From: an uncultured Nocardioides sp.
GTDB taxonomy: Bacteria; Actinomycetota; Actinomycetes; Propionibacteriales; Nocardioidaceae
Reading direction: 5' to 3'
DNA: 46,238 nt
NCBI GenBank assembly: GCA_964514085.1
Contig: CAZEPK010000002.1
Span: forward strand, 1 to 46,238
This document shows positions 18,671 to 27,754 of this stretch, piece by piece. How positions within the stretch are numbered: position 1 is the stretch's first letter; each line of letters starts with the position of its first letter. The notes beneath the pieces are model-generated. The model was not told the DNA's origin. It did not search any database and worked only from the letters and a program-made list of their open reading frames with translations. Made by a program: the position numbers and the translations under genes.

Positions 18671-20511
18671 CCGTACGGCGAGACGAGCCGCACCGAGGTG
18701 ACGCAGACGTCGCCCGCGGCCGAGGCGACGTAGATGCTGCGCCACGGACCGGCGGCGATCACCGCGGCCAGGTCGCCGGAGCCGGAGACGTCGAAGAGCT
18801 CACCGGTCCCGCGCAGGTCGCGGGTGACCTTGCCCCGGCCCACGCTCAGCTGGAGCTTCGCCTTGCCGTCGGCCTGGTAGGCCAGGGCCGCCAGCAGCGG
18901 GTCGGCGGTCGGCCGGTCCGCCTCGGGGGCGGTGAGGACGGGGACGGGCGGCTCGCCGGGGGAGACGCACACCCGCTCGGTGGTGGGCGGTGTCTCGTCG
19001 CGCAGCGACACCGGCCCGATGGTCCCGTCGGTGCGGATCCACAGCGCGCCATCCGGGTCGTTGGTGACGGCGGTGCCCTCGTGCACCACCGGGTAGACGC
19101 GCCCGGCGGTGTTCCACGGGTACATCTGCGTCGGGATCACCCAGCCCGGCACCGGCAGGTCCAGGAACCTGGCGTCCGGAGGCAGGTCGCCGCTGCGCAG
19201 CTGGGCGAAGAAGTCGCGCGAGGTGCGCCCCGGCGTGTTGGCGCTGATGGAGTGGACCGACTGGGCCCACAGGGGGAGGGCCAGCAGCGGGGCGACGACG
19301 GCGGCGACGGTCACGCGCCGGCGTACGGCGCTGCTCCCGGCCCGCACCGCGGCCGGGACGGCGACCGCGACCCCGATGACGAACAGGTAGACCGCGTCGC
19401 CCTGGTAGCGCAGGTTGTGCACGACGGTGTCGACGTCGATCAGGCTGAGGCGGCCGCGGGCCACCAGCGCCTGGCTGAAGAAGATGACCAGGAAGTACCA
19501 GAACCACACCCGCAGCGCGAGCCGCGAGCGCACCGAGGTCCACACCACGACGCCGAGGCACACGGCCGTGGCCACCACGACGGTGAGCAGGTCCGGGCCC
19601 GGGATGTCGGACACGGGGTAGACCGAGCCGATGAGGGTGGGGAAGGCGCCCTCGGGCAGGCTCCGGGCGAGGTACTCCGCCTGCACCCCGAGCCCGGCCG
19701 GCTCGCCCGCCTCGTCGAGGTAGGGACCGGCGAAGTAGATGGCCAGGTCGGCCAGCGTGATGACCCCGATGACCACCCAGGCCGGCCAGAGCCCCAGGGC
19801 CCGGCGGAACCGGGCGCGCAGCCGCTCGTCGTCTGCGGTGCCGACCAGCAGCACGAACAGGCCGAGGTAGGCGCTGGTGGCGATGGACTTCTCGAAGAAC
19901 GAGACCGAGACGGTGTACATCACCGCGAGCGAGAGCAGGTAGCGCCACTGCCGGGTCCGCGCGTAGCGGAGCGTGCACCCCCACGCCGAGATGGCGGCGA
20001 CCATGGTGATCTGCATGGTCGCGGTCGCGGCCCACCACGGGGCGGTGTTGAGCACCACGACCGAGAGGCCGAAGGCGGTGGTCAGCCAGACCACCCACCA
20101 CGTGCGGCGGCCCACGAGGGCCAGGAGCAGGCGCGCGAAGGCGATCGTGCCGCCCAGCTGGACCGCGAGCGTGACCACCGAGGCCATGCCCCAGTCGGCG
20201 CCGAACCAGGCGCCGAAGTACTTCTGGGTCAGGATGAAGCCGGGGATGAGGTGTCCGAAGATCGAGGTCCGCAGCAGGTCGGCGGTGACCGGGACGTCCT
20301 GGTAGATCGCCAGGAAGGTGAAGTCCTCGGAGAAGAAGTAGGAGTTCCGGAGCAGGTAGAGGCAGATGACCAGCTGGACGACCAGGACGCCGCCCAGAGC
20401 GCCCACGAAGGTGCGGGTGCTGAGCTCGTCGGGCGCGCTGCGGTCGGCGCGCCGGCCCGGTCGCTCGGGGTCGTGGACGGCGTCGTCGGAGAGCGTCTGG
20501 TCGACGACCAC
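18667..20511 (-). CDS. Multi-pass membrane protein, probable GT-C glycosyltransferase, paralogue of 16703-18670
   Basis: GGGGAGG RBS before GTG 20511; FFSEDFTFL, IFGHLIPG, WWAATA matching the neighbour's FLDDFYFL, FQHFSP, WWTAAA. Confidence 0.68.
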   Translation of the reverse strand: MVVDQTLSDDAVHDPERPGRRADRSAPDELSTRTFVGALGGVLVVQLVICLYLLRNSYFFSEDFTFLAIYQDVPVTADLLRTSIFGHLIPGFILTQKYFGAWFGADWGMASVVTLAVQLGGTIAFARLLLALVGRRTWWVVWLTTAFGLSVVVLNTAPWWAATATMQITMVAAISAWGCTLRYARTRQWRYLLSLAVMYTVSVSFFEKSIATSAYLGLFVLLVGTADDERLRARFRRALGLWPAWVVIGVITLADLAIYFAGPYLDEAGEPAGLGVQAEYLARSLPEGAFPTLIGSVYPVSDIPGPDLLTVVVATAVCLGVVVWTSVRSRLALRVWFWYFLVIFFSQALVARGRLSLIDVDTVVHNLRYQGDAVYLFVIGVAVAVPAAVRAGSSAVRRRVTVAAVVAPLLALPLWAQSVHSISANTPGRTSRDFFAQLRSGDLPPDARFLDLPVPGWVIPTQMYPWNTAGRVYPVVHEGTAVTNDPDGALWIRTDGTIGPVSLRDETPPTTERVCVSPGEPPVPVLTAPEADRPTADPLLAALAYQADGKAKLQLSVGRGKVTRDLRGTGELFDVSGSGDLAAVIAAGPWRSIYVASAAGDVCVTSVRLVSPYG

Positions 20512-20659
20512 GGTGGATTGCCTCCCCGGCGTCTCGGACGGCCTGTGCTGACGGTCTGGGACGGCGCGGCAGCGGCGGCGCAACGTCCCGCAGGAACGCC
20601 CCGATCCTCTCACGCAGGGCCGCTCCGGGCTGATTCCAGACGCCGCCCGCGCCAGGTGA

Positions 20660-20805
20660 CGGTGGCTGTGGTGCGGAGGCGTGCAGCGCCTGGGCCTCGG
20701 AGCGGGGCGACCCAAGGCTGGGAGCCGCGCCACCTGTCCCCGGACGGTCCCAGCACCGCGTCCAGTGGTTTCGAGACGGTTGCTGCGCAACCTCCTCAAC
20801 CACCG
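20660..20805. repeat. REPIN-like element (degenerate left unit, intact right unit)
   Basis: Right unit ggtttcgagacggttgctgcgcaacctcctcaaccaccg (20767-20805) is the exact reverse complement of 46187-46225; left unit cggtggctgtggtgcggagg resembles 4096. Confidence 0.8.
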
Positions 20806-20854
20806 TGAGGTGGACCGGTGTCGCGTTCGTCACGCCAGCACCGGTGTCCCGCGG

Positions 20855-20882
20855 GGAAACTTCGCCGTACCGTGGTGGTTGA
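20855..20882 (+). promoter_or_regulatory. Candidate ECF (SigH/SigR-type) promoter for the pan-nad-coaX operon
   Basis: GGAAA-N18-GTTGA. Confidence 0.45.
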
Positions 20883-20962
20883 ACTGAGCAGAAGTAGTCC
20901 GGTACCCACCCCGGCCTCCGTGAGGAGGTGGTCGGAGGGACGGGAACGAAAGAGGTTCATTG

Positions 20963-21859
20963 ATGACTCGCCTCGAGGTGGGTGTCGTCGGCGCTGGACG
21001 CGTCGGCGCCGTCCTGGGTGCCGCGCTCCGCGCGGCCGGTCACGACGTGGTCGGCGCGGCGGGTGAGTCCGACGCCTCCCGCCGCCGGATCGCTGCGCTG
21101 CTGCCCGGCGTGGCCCGCCGCAAGCCGACCGCCGTGGCCCGCAGCTGCGACCTGCTGGTCCTCGCGGTCCCCGACGACATGCTCGGCAACGTCGTCCGGA
21201 TGCTCGCCGACAGCGGTGCCCTCCACGAGGGGCAGCACGTCGTGCACACCTCCGGCCGTCACGGCCTGGCGGTCCTGGAGCCGGCCCGCCAGGTGGGCGC
21301 CCGGGTGGCCGCCATGCACCCGGCCATGACCTTCACCGGCACCGCGGTCGACCTCGACCGGCTGCCCGGGACCGTCTTCGGGCTGACCGCGGACGCTGGC
21401 GACCACGCGTTCGTCGAGTCGCTGGTTGCCGACCTCGGCGGCACCCCGATGTGGGTGCCCGAGGAGATGCGGACGCTGTACCACGCGGGCCTGGCCCACG
21501 GCGCGAACCACCTGGTCACGCTGGTCACCGAGGCGATGGAGATCCTCTCCGCCGCCGGGGCCGCCGACCCCGCCGGCACCCTGCGTCCCCTGCTCACCGC
21601 CGCGCTCGACAACGCCCTCGAGCAGGGCGACGCCGCCCTGACCGGGCCGATCGTGCGCGGTGACCTCGGCACGGTCCGTGCGCACCTCGAGGACATCCGG
21701 CTCAACGCCCCGCAGACCCTGGGCTCCTACGTGTCCCTGGCCCGCGCCACCCTCGACCGCGCCGTCACCGACGGCCGCGTCGTCCCGCTGCGCGCAGCAC
21801 GGATCCGCGACCTCCTCGACGCAGCCGTGGCCGGCCGGGACCTCCGTCGGGTGCGATGA
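20963..21859 (+). CDS. panG: Rossmann-like/DUF2520 protein, PanG-type ketopantoate reductase candidate
   Basis: [40 protein letters not shown]; directly upstream of panC. Confidence 0.82.
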   Translation: MTRLEVGVVGAGRVGAVLGAALRAAGHDVVGAAGESDASRRRIAALLPGVARRKPTAVARSCDLLVLAVPDDMLGNVVRMLADSGALHEGQHVVHTSGRHGLAVLEPARQVGARVAAMHPAMTFTGTAVDLDRLPGTVFGLTADAGDHAFVESLVADLGGTPMWVPEEMRTLYHAGLAHGANHLVTLVTEAMEILSAAGAADPAGTLRPLLTAALDNALEQGDAALTGPIVRGDLGTVRAHLEDIRLNAPQTLGSYVSLARATLDRAVTDGRVVPLRAARIRDLLDAAVAGRDLRRVR

Positions 21860-22758
21860 CCGCCGGCCCGACCCTCGCGCCGACGCGCGAGGAGCTCACA
21901 GCCCTGCTCTCCGATGCCCGCGGTGCCGGACGGCGCGTGGGGTTCGTGCCGACGATGGGTGCGCTGCACGAGGGCCACGCCAGCCTGCTGCGGGTCGCTC
22001 GCGAGCGGGTGGGCGAGGGACCGGTGGTGGCCTCGATCTTCGTCAACCCGCTGCAGTTCGGGCCGACCGAGGACCTCGACCGCTACCCGCGCACGCTCGA
22101 CGCGGACCTCGAGCTGTGCCGGCGCGAGGGCGTCGACGTGGTCTTCGCGCCCCCGGTCGAGGAGGTCTACCCGGGCTGGCCGGCCCAGCCCCAGGTCACC
22201 GTGGAGCCCGGCCCGCTGGCCACGGTGCTGGAGGGGCGGACGCGTCCCGGTCACTTCCGAGGGGTCCTGACCGTGGTGGCCAAGCTCCTCGGGCTCGTCC
22301 GGCCCGACGTCGCCGTCTTCGGGCAGAAGGACTACCAGCAGCTGGTGCTGGTCCGCCGCATGGTGGCCGACCTGTGCCTCGGGGTCGAGGTCGTGGGCGC
22401 CGAGACCCGGCGCGAGCCCGACGGCCTCGCCCTCTCCAGCCGGAACCGGTACCTCGACACCGACCAGCGCCTCGAGGCGGTGGCCCTCAGCCGGGCGCTC
22501 CGCTCGGCGCAGGTGGACGCCGAGCGCGGCGTGGACGCCGCCCTGGGTGCGGCCCGTGCGGCGCTGCGGGCGACCCACGGCGTGGACCTCGACTACCTCG
22601 TCGTCACGGACCCCGACCTCGGCGACCTGCCGACCGACGTACCTCCCGGCACCGAGGCGCGGATCCTGGTCGCGGCCCGGCTGGGCAGCACCCGCCTGAT
22701 CGACAACCTCCCCCTCACGATCGGAAAGCCCGAGGCCCGCCGATGCTCCGCACGATGA
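21856..22758 (+). CDS. panC: Pantoate--beta-alanine ligase
   Basis: [47 protein letters not shown]. Confidence 0.97.
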   Translation: MTAGPTLAPTREELTALLSDARGAGRRVGFVPTMGALHEGHASLLRVARERVGEGPVVASIFVNPLQFGPTEDLDRYPRTLDADLELCRREGVDVVFAPPVEEVYPGWPAQPQVTVEPGPLATVLEGRTRPGHFRGVLTVVAKLLGLVRPDVAVFGQKDYQQLVLVRRMVADLCLGVEVVGAETRREPDGLALSSRNRYLDTDQRLEAVALSRALRSAQVDAERGVDAALGAARAALRATHGVDLDYLVVTDPDLGDLPTDVPPGTEARILVAARLGSTRLIDNLPLTIGKPEARRCSAR

Positions 22759-23159
22759 TGAAGAGCAAGATCCACCGCGCGACCGTGACCCAGGCCGACC
22801 TGCACTACGTCGGCTCCGTCACGGTGGACGAGGACCTCCTCGACGCGGCCGACCTGCTCGCGGGCGAGCTGGTGCACATCGTCGACGTCACCAACGGTGC
22901 CCGCCTGGAGACCTACACGATCGCGGGGGAGCGCGGCAGCGGCGTCCTCGGCATCAACGGCGCAGCGGCCCGGCTGGTGCACCCTGGCGACGTGGTCATC
23001 CTCATCGGCTACGGCCAGATGGACACCGCCGAGGCCACGGCGTTCCAGCCGCACGTGGTCTTCGTCGACGCCGACAACAAGATCCTGGCCACCGGCTTCG
23101 ACCCCGCCGAGACCTTCGGCGACCCCGGGCTCGTCCGGGGCGACGCGGCCACGCACTAG
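22743..23159 (+). CDS. panD: Aspartate 1-decarboxylase
   Basis: [22 protein letters not shown] (pyruvoyl G-S cleavage site), [15 protein letters not shown]. Confidence 0.98.
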   Translation: MLRTMMKSKIHRATVTQADLHYVGSVTVDEDLLDAADLLAGELVHIVDVTNGARLETYTIAGERGSGVLGINGAAARLVHPGDVVILIGYGQMDTAEATAFQPHVVFVDADNKILATGFDPAETFGDPGLVRGDAATH

Positions 23160-23182
23160 ATTCGCCGGGTGGAGCGCACCAG

Positions 23183-24856
23183 ATGACCGGGCCCGTACGC
23201 CGTCTCCCCGCGCGGCTCACCGCGTCCGAGCCCGGCTGGACGACGACCGCGGACGTGGTGGTCATCGGCTCGGGCATCGCCGGGCTCACCGCGGCGCTGC
23301 GGCTCAAGGAGTCGCTGGCCGACGCAGCCGGTGGGGGCAAGGTCCTCGTGGTGACCAAGGACGTGCTGGCGGCCGGCTCCACCCAGTGGGCCCAGGGCGG
23401 CATCGCCGCAGCGCTCGGGCCGGGTGACACCCCCGAGCAGCACGAGTTCGACACCCTGGTGGCCGGCGCGGGCGCCTGCGACCTCGAGGCGGTCCGGGTC
23501 CTGGTCCAGGAGGGGCCGGAGGCGGTCCGCGAGCTCATCGCGCTCGGCACGAACTTCGACCACAACCCCGACGGCGAGCTCTCGCTGACCCGCGAGGGCG
23601 GGCACCACCGCGACCGGATCGCGCACGCCGGTGGCGACGCCACGGGCGCCGAGATCCAGCGCGCCCTCATCGCCGCGGTGGAGCGGGCTCCCGAGATCGA
23701 GGTGATCCAGCACGCGCTGGCGGTCGACCTCCTGCTGGCCGAGGACGGCGGCGTCGCCGGAGTCACGCTGCACGTGATCGGCGAGGGCGTCCGCGACGGG
23801 GTCGGCGCCGTCCGCTGCCGCGCCGTGGTGCTCGCCTCGGGCGGTCTGGGGCAGGTCTTCTCCCAGACCACCAACCCGGCGGTCTCGACCGGCGACGGCA
23901 TGGCCCTGGCGCTGCGCGCGGGCGCGACGCTGCGCGACCTGGAGTTCGTGCAGTTCCACCCGACGGTGATGTACCTCGGCCCCGACTCGCGCGGCCAGCA
24001 GCCGCTGATCTCCGAGGCGGTGCGGGGCGAGGGCGCGTTCCTGGTCGACTTCGAGGGCAACCGCTTCATGCAGGGCGTCCACGAGCTCGCCGACCTGGCC
24101 CCGCGCGACGTGGTGGCCAAGGCGATCATGCGGCGGATGCTCGAGACCGGGCACCCCCACATGTGGCTGGACGCCCGGCACCTCGGGGCGGACTTCTGGG
24201 AGCGCCGGTTCCCGACCATCCTGGCCACCGCCCGCTCCCACGGCGTCGACCCGGTCACCGAGCTGATCCCCGTCGCGCCGGCCTGCCACTACGCCAGCGG
24301 CGGCGTGCGCACGGACCTGTGGGGCCGCTCGGACGTGGCCGGTCTGTACGCCACCGGCGAGGTCGCGTGCTCGGGCGTGCACGGTGCCAACCGGCTGGCG
24401 TCCAACTCCCTGCTCGAGGGGTTGGTCTTCTCGCGGCGGATCGCCCAGGTGCTGCCCGGCGAGCTGCGCGCGTGGAGCGAGCCCGCGCCAGACGACCGCA
24501 CCGCGGGGCTGGTGCTGGGCGGCCTGCGCCGGGAGCTGCAGGAGACCATGACCTCCAAGGTCGGGGTGCTGCGCAGCGCGATCGGCCTGGGCGACGCCAC
24601 CGCCGTGCTCGACAAGCTGGCCGGCGTCGAGGCCGACGCGGTGGACCTCGAGTCGTGGGAGACGACCAACCTGGTCACCATCAGCACGGCCCTGGCCGAC
24701 GCCGCCGCCCTGCGGCAGGAGACGCGGGGCTCGCACTGGCGCGAGGACTTCCCCGAGCGCGACGACCAGCAGTTCGCCGGGCACTTCGACGTCGTCATGC
24801 ACGACGGCGAGATGGAGCTGGTCCTGGTCCCCAGTCCCGCGACGGACACGCTGTGA
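23183..24856 (+). CDS. nadB: L-aspartate oxidase
   Basis: GSGIAG, WAQGGIAA, REGGH, QFHPT, SEAVRGEG, HGANRLASNSLLE. Confidence 0.96.
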   Translation: MTGPVRRLPARLTASEPGWTTTADVVVIGSGIAGLTAALRLKESLADAAGGGKVLVVTKDVLAAGSTQWAQGGIAAALGPGDTPEQHEFDTLVAGAGACDLEAVRVLVQEGPEAVRELIALGTNFDHNPDGELSLTREGGHHRDRIAHAGGDATGAEIQRALIAAVERAPEIEVIQHALAVDLLLAEDGGVAGVTLHVIGEGVRDGVGAVRCRAVVLASGGLGQVFSQTTNPAVSTGDGMALALRAGATLRDLEFVQFHPTVMYLGPDSRGQQPLISEAVRGEGAFLVDFEGNRFMQGVHELADLAPRDVVAKAIMRRMLETGHPHMWLDARHLGADFWERRFPTILATARSHGVDPVTELIPVAPACHYASGGVRTDLWGRSDVAGLYATGEVACSGVHGANRLASNSLLEGLVFSRRIAQVLPGELRAWSEPAPDDRTAGLVLGGLRRELQETMTSKVGVLRSAIGLGDATAVLDKLAGVEADAVDLESWETTNLVTISTALADAAALRQETRGSHWREDFPERDDQQFAGHFDVVMHDGEMELVLVPSPATDTL

Positions 24857-25719
24857 GCGCCCTCTACGACGAGCTCGAGGCGGCCGGCCTCGACCCGGCG
24901 CAGGTGCAGGCGGCGATCGACCGCGCCCTGGCCGAGGACGTGCCGACCGAGGACGTCACCAGCGTGGCCACCATCGCGGCCGACGCGCGCGGCGAGGGTG
25001 TGTTCGCGGCCCGCGAGCCCGGCACGGTGGCGGGCCTCGGGATCGCCGCCCTGGTGTTCGAGACGGTCATGGGCGACACGGTGCGCGTCACCGACCGGGT
25101 CGCCGACGGGACCCGCGTGGCCGCGGGCGACGTGGTGATGCGCGTGGCCGGGCCGACCCGTGGCCTGCTCACCGCCGAGCGCACCGCGCTCAACTACGCC
25201 TGCCACCTCTCCGGGGTGGCCACGGCCACCGCCGCGTGGGTGGAGGCCCTCGAGGGCACCAGCGCCCGGGTCCTCGACACCCGCAAGACCCTGCCCGGCT
25301 GGCGCGCGCTGCAGAAGTACGCCGTCCGCTGCGGCGGGGGCCTCAACCACCGGATGAACCTCTCCGACCGGGCCATGGTCAAGGACAACCACGTCCTGGC
25401 CGCGGGCGGCGTGGTCCCGGCCTACGAGGCGGTCCGCGCGGCGTACCCGGACCTCCGGGTCGAGGTCGAGGTGACCGACCTCGACCAGCTGCGCGAGCTG
25501 CTCGACGCCGGCTGCGAGGAGATCCTCCTCGACAACATGCCGACCGAGGTGATGGCCGAGGCGGTGCGGATCACGGGGGGCCGGGCCACGCTGGAGGCCT
25601 CGGGCGGGCTGACCTTCGACCGGGCCCGCGAGGTCGCCGCCACCGGTGTCGACTTCATCTCCGTCGGCGCCCTGACCCACTCGGTCAAGGTCTTCGACAT
25701 CGGCCTGGACCTGTGCTGA
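24853..25719 (+). CDS. nadC: Quinolinate phosphoribosyltransferase
   Basis: AERTALN, SGVAT, DTRKT.PG, NHR..LSD, KDNH, EVEV, LLDN, EASGG, SVGALTHS. Confidence 0.97.
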   Translation: MSALYDELEAAGLDPAQVQAAIDRALAEDVPTEDVTSVATIAADARGEGVFAAREPGTVAGLGIAALVFETVMGDTVRVTDRVADGTRVAAGDVVMRVAGPTRGLLTAERTALNYACHLSGVATATAAWVEALEGTSARVLDTRKTLPGWRALQKYAVRCGGGLNHRMNLSDRAMVKDNHVLAAGGVVPAYEAVRAAYPDLRVEVEVTDLDQLRELLDAGCEEILLDNMPTEVMAEAVRITGGRATLEASGGLTFDRAREVAATGVDFISVGALTHSVKVFDIGLDLC

Positions 25720-25720
25720 T

Positions 25721-25851
25721 GGCGCTCGCTCCGCTCGCGCGTGCTCGGCGCGCTGCCACGTCTCGTCTTCCCTCCTCCCTCGCTCGCTGCGCTCGCTCGG
25801 TCGTCAGTCCAGACGAGACGCGCGCCGAGCGGTTCTCTCGACTCGGCGCGC
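25721..25851. repeat. Nested palindromic intergenic repeat inside the nadC-coaX operon
   Basis: gctcggcgcgc/gcgcgccgagc and cgtctcgtct/agacgagacg stems; core tcgctcgctgcgctcgctcg also at 45999-46018. Confidence 0.75.
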
Positions 25852-25860
25852 TGGCGAACC

Positions 25861-26649
25861 GTGACGCTGCTCGCCGCTGACATCGGCAACAGCCACACCG
25901 TCCTCGGGCTGGTCCGGGGCGGCGAGGTCAGTGCGGAGTGGCGGATCTCCACCGACGACCGGCGCTCGGCCGACGAGTGGGCGGTGCTGCTGCGCGGGCT
26001 GCTCGGGGACGCCGTGGACGAGGTCGACGGCATCGCGGTGTGCGCCACCGTCCCGGCGGTCCTGCACGAGTGGCGCGAGATGCTGCGCCGCCACTTCGCC
26101 GACGTGACGGCCGTCGTGGTCGAGCCCGGCGTGCGCACCGGCATACCGGTGCTGATGGACAACCCGCGCGAGGTCGGCTCCGACCGGATCATCAACGCGC
26201 TCGCCGCGGCCACGGAGTACGGCGGACCGGCGATCGTGGTCGACTTCGGCGGCACCGCCACCACCTTCGACGTGGTCAGCTCGGCCGGCCAGTACGTCGG
26301 CGGGGCCATCGCCCCGGGCATCGAGATCTCGCTGGAAGCGCTCGGCCGCCGGGGCGCCCAGCTGCGCAAGGTCGAGCTGGCCCGGCCGCGCACGGTCATC
26401 GCCAAGAACACCGTGGAGGCCCTGCAGTCCGGACTGGTGTTCGGGGTCGCCGCGCAGGTCGAGGGGATCGTCTCCCGGATGATCGAGGAGCTCGGCGCCG
26501 ACCCGGCCGACGTGCGCGTGATCGCGACCGGCTACCTCGCCCCGCTGGTGGTGGAGGAGTGCCGCTGCTTCACCGATCAGGACCCCTGGCTCACCCTCCG
26601 CGGGCTCGAGCTCGTCTTCGAGCGCAACGCCCTACGATCGGGCCCATGA
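25861..26649 (+). CDS. coaX: Type III pantothenate kinase
   Basis: ADIGNSHT, NPREVGSDR, VVDFGGTATTFD, GGAIAPG, NTVEALQSG, LTLRGL. Confidence 0.96.
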   Translation: MTLLAADIGNSHTVLGLVRGGEVSAEWRISTDDRRSADEWAVLLRGLLGDAVDEVDGIAVCATVPAVLHEWREMLRRHFADVTAVVVEPGVRTGIPVLMDNPREVGSDRIINALAAATEYGGPAIVVDFGGTATTFDVVSSAGQYVGGAIAPGIEISLEALGRRGAQLRKVELARPRTVIAKNTVEALQSGLVFGVAAQVEGIVSRMIEELGADPADVRVIATGYLAPLVVEECRCFTDQDPWLTLRGLELVFERNALRSGP

Positions 26650-27701
26650 GCGCCCGGGTGACCGTCGTGGTCCGCTCCGGGGGCGCCGCCCGCGCCCTGG
26701 AGCGCGCGGTGGCGAGCGTGCGGGCCCAGACCCACCCCGACTGGTCGCTGGTCGTGGCCGTGCCCGAGGGCGGCGACCCCGCGCCGGCCGAGCGGCTGGC
26801 CCAGGCCGACCCGCGGATCTCGGTGGTCCGGGGCCAGGGGCGTGGTGCGCTCGCGAACGCCGCGCTGGCCGCCGCGCCGGGTGACCTGGCGGTGCTGCAC
26901 GACGACGACGGCGTCTGGGGCCCGACGTTCCTCGAGGCGACCGTGGGCCACCTGGCCACGCACCCCGACGACGTGGCGGTGGCCACGCGCGCCGAGATCG
27001 TCGTCGACCCGCTGGACCCCGCCCACCCGCACCTGGAGGTGCGCCGGGTGCTGGGGCAGGACGAGCCGAGCGTCTCGCTGGTCTCCCTGATCGCGCACAA
27101 CTTCGTGCCGCCGGCCTCGCTCCTGATCCGTCGCAGCGTCCTCGACGAGCTCGGAGGCTACGACGAGGAGCTCCCGGCCCTGGAGGACTGGGAGCTGCTC
27201 CTGCGTCTCGCGGCCACCGGACCGGTCGGCTTCCTGGGCGACAAGCCGCTCGCGGCGTGGCACCTCACGGCCGACGCCGCGGCGCACGCCGACGCCTTCG
27301 AGCACGTCGAGCTGGACCTGCGCGACCGCTACCTGCGCGAGGACCTGGCCGGCCGGGCCGAGGGGCACCGCGGGCTCGGCGGGCAGCTGGCCCTGGCCCA
27401 CCAGCTGCGACGGCTCGGCCAGGCCCACCAGGACCACCTCGACGCGGTGACCACCGACCTCAAGATCGAGCTGGGCAGGGTCCGCGGCGAGGTCCTGATG
27501 ATGCGCGAGACGCTCACCGAGCTCCAGGAGGACTTCGTGGTCCTCAGCGACCACGTGCAGGACGCCGTGGCGCGCACCGCCGAGCTGGTCGGCGCGCTCG
27601 CGGCCGACCGGGCACCGCACCGCAGCCTGGCCCGCCGGGCGGTCGGCCGGGCCTCGCGGGCGCTGCGGCGTCGCCCGGGACAGATCCCGGGAAAGATATA
27701 G
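26646..27701 (+). CDS. Glycosyltransferase family 2 with C-terminal coiled coil
   Basis: SVRAQT, LHDDD, GGYDEEL..LEDWEL; heptad-like tail followed by basic SLARRAVGRASRALRRR. Confidence 0.85.
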   Translation: MSARVTVVVRSGGAARALERAVASVRAQTHPDWSLVVAVPEGGDPAPAERLAQADPRISVVRGQGRGALANAALAAAPGDLAVLHDDDGVWGPTFLEATVGHLATHPDDVAVATRAEIVVDPLDPAHPHLEVRRVLGQDEPSVSLVSLIAHNFVPPASLLIRRSVLDELGGYDEELPALEDWELLLRLAATGPVGFLGDKPLAAWHLTADAAAHADAFEHVELDLRDRYLREDLAGRAEGHRGLGGQLALAHQLRRLGQAHQDHLDAVTTDLKIELGRVRGEVLMMRETLTELQEDFVVLSDHVQDAVARTAELVGALAADRAPHRSLARRAVGRASRALRRRPGQIPGKI

Positions 27702-27754
27702 TCGCCCTTCGCGTCGGAGTCGCTCCGACACCTCCCCCAGCTCCGAGGACCCCG

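Noticed and set aside
17050-20808. 1252-aa ORF, and other very long alternative-frame ORFs (41429-44617, 29431-32289, 33019-35559)
   Set aside because: Shadow ORFs typical of high-GC DNA; they overlap well-supported genes, are R/G/P/A-rich or antisense, and show no motifs
23183-25719. nadB-nadC without nadA as an incomplete pathway
   Set aside because: nadA is commonly unlinked in actinobacteria; cannot be judged from this window
27698-27754. Non-canonical ATA start or frameshift fusion for rgpF
   Set aside because: An in-frame TTG at 27755 with a GAGGA RBS explains the start
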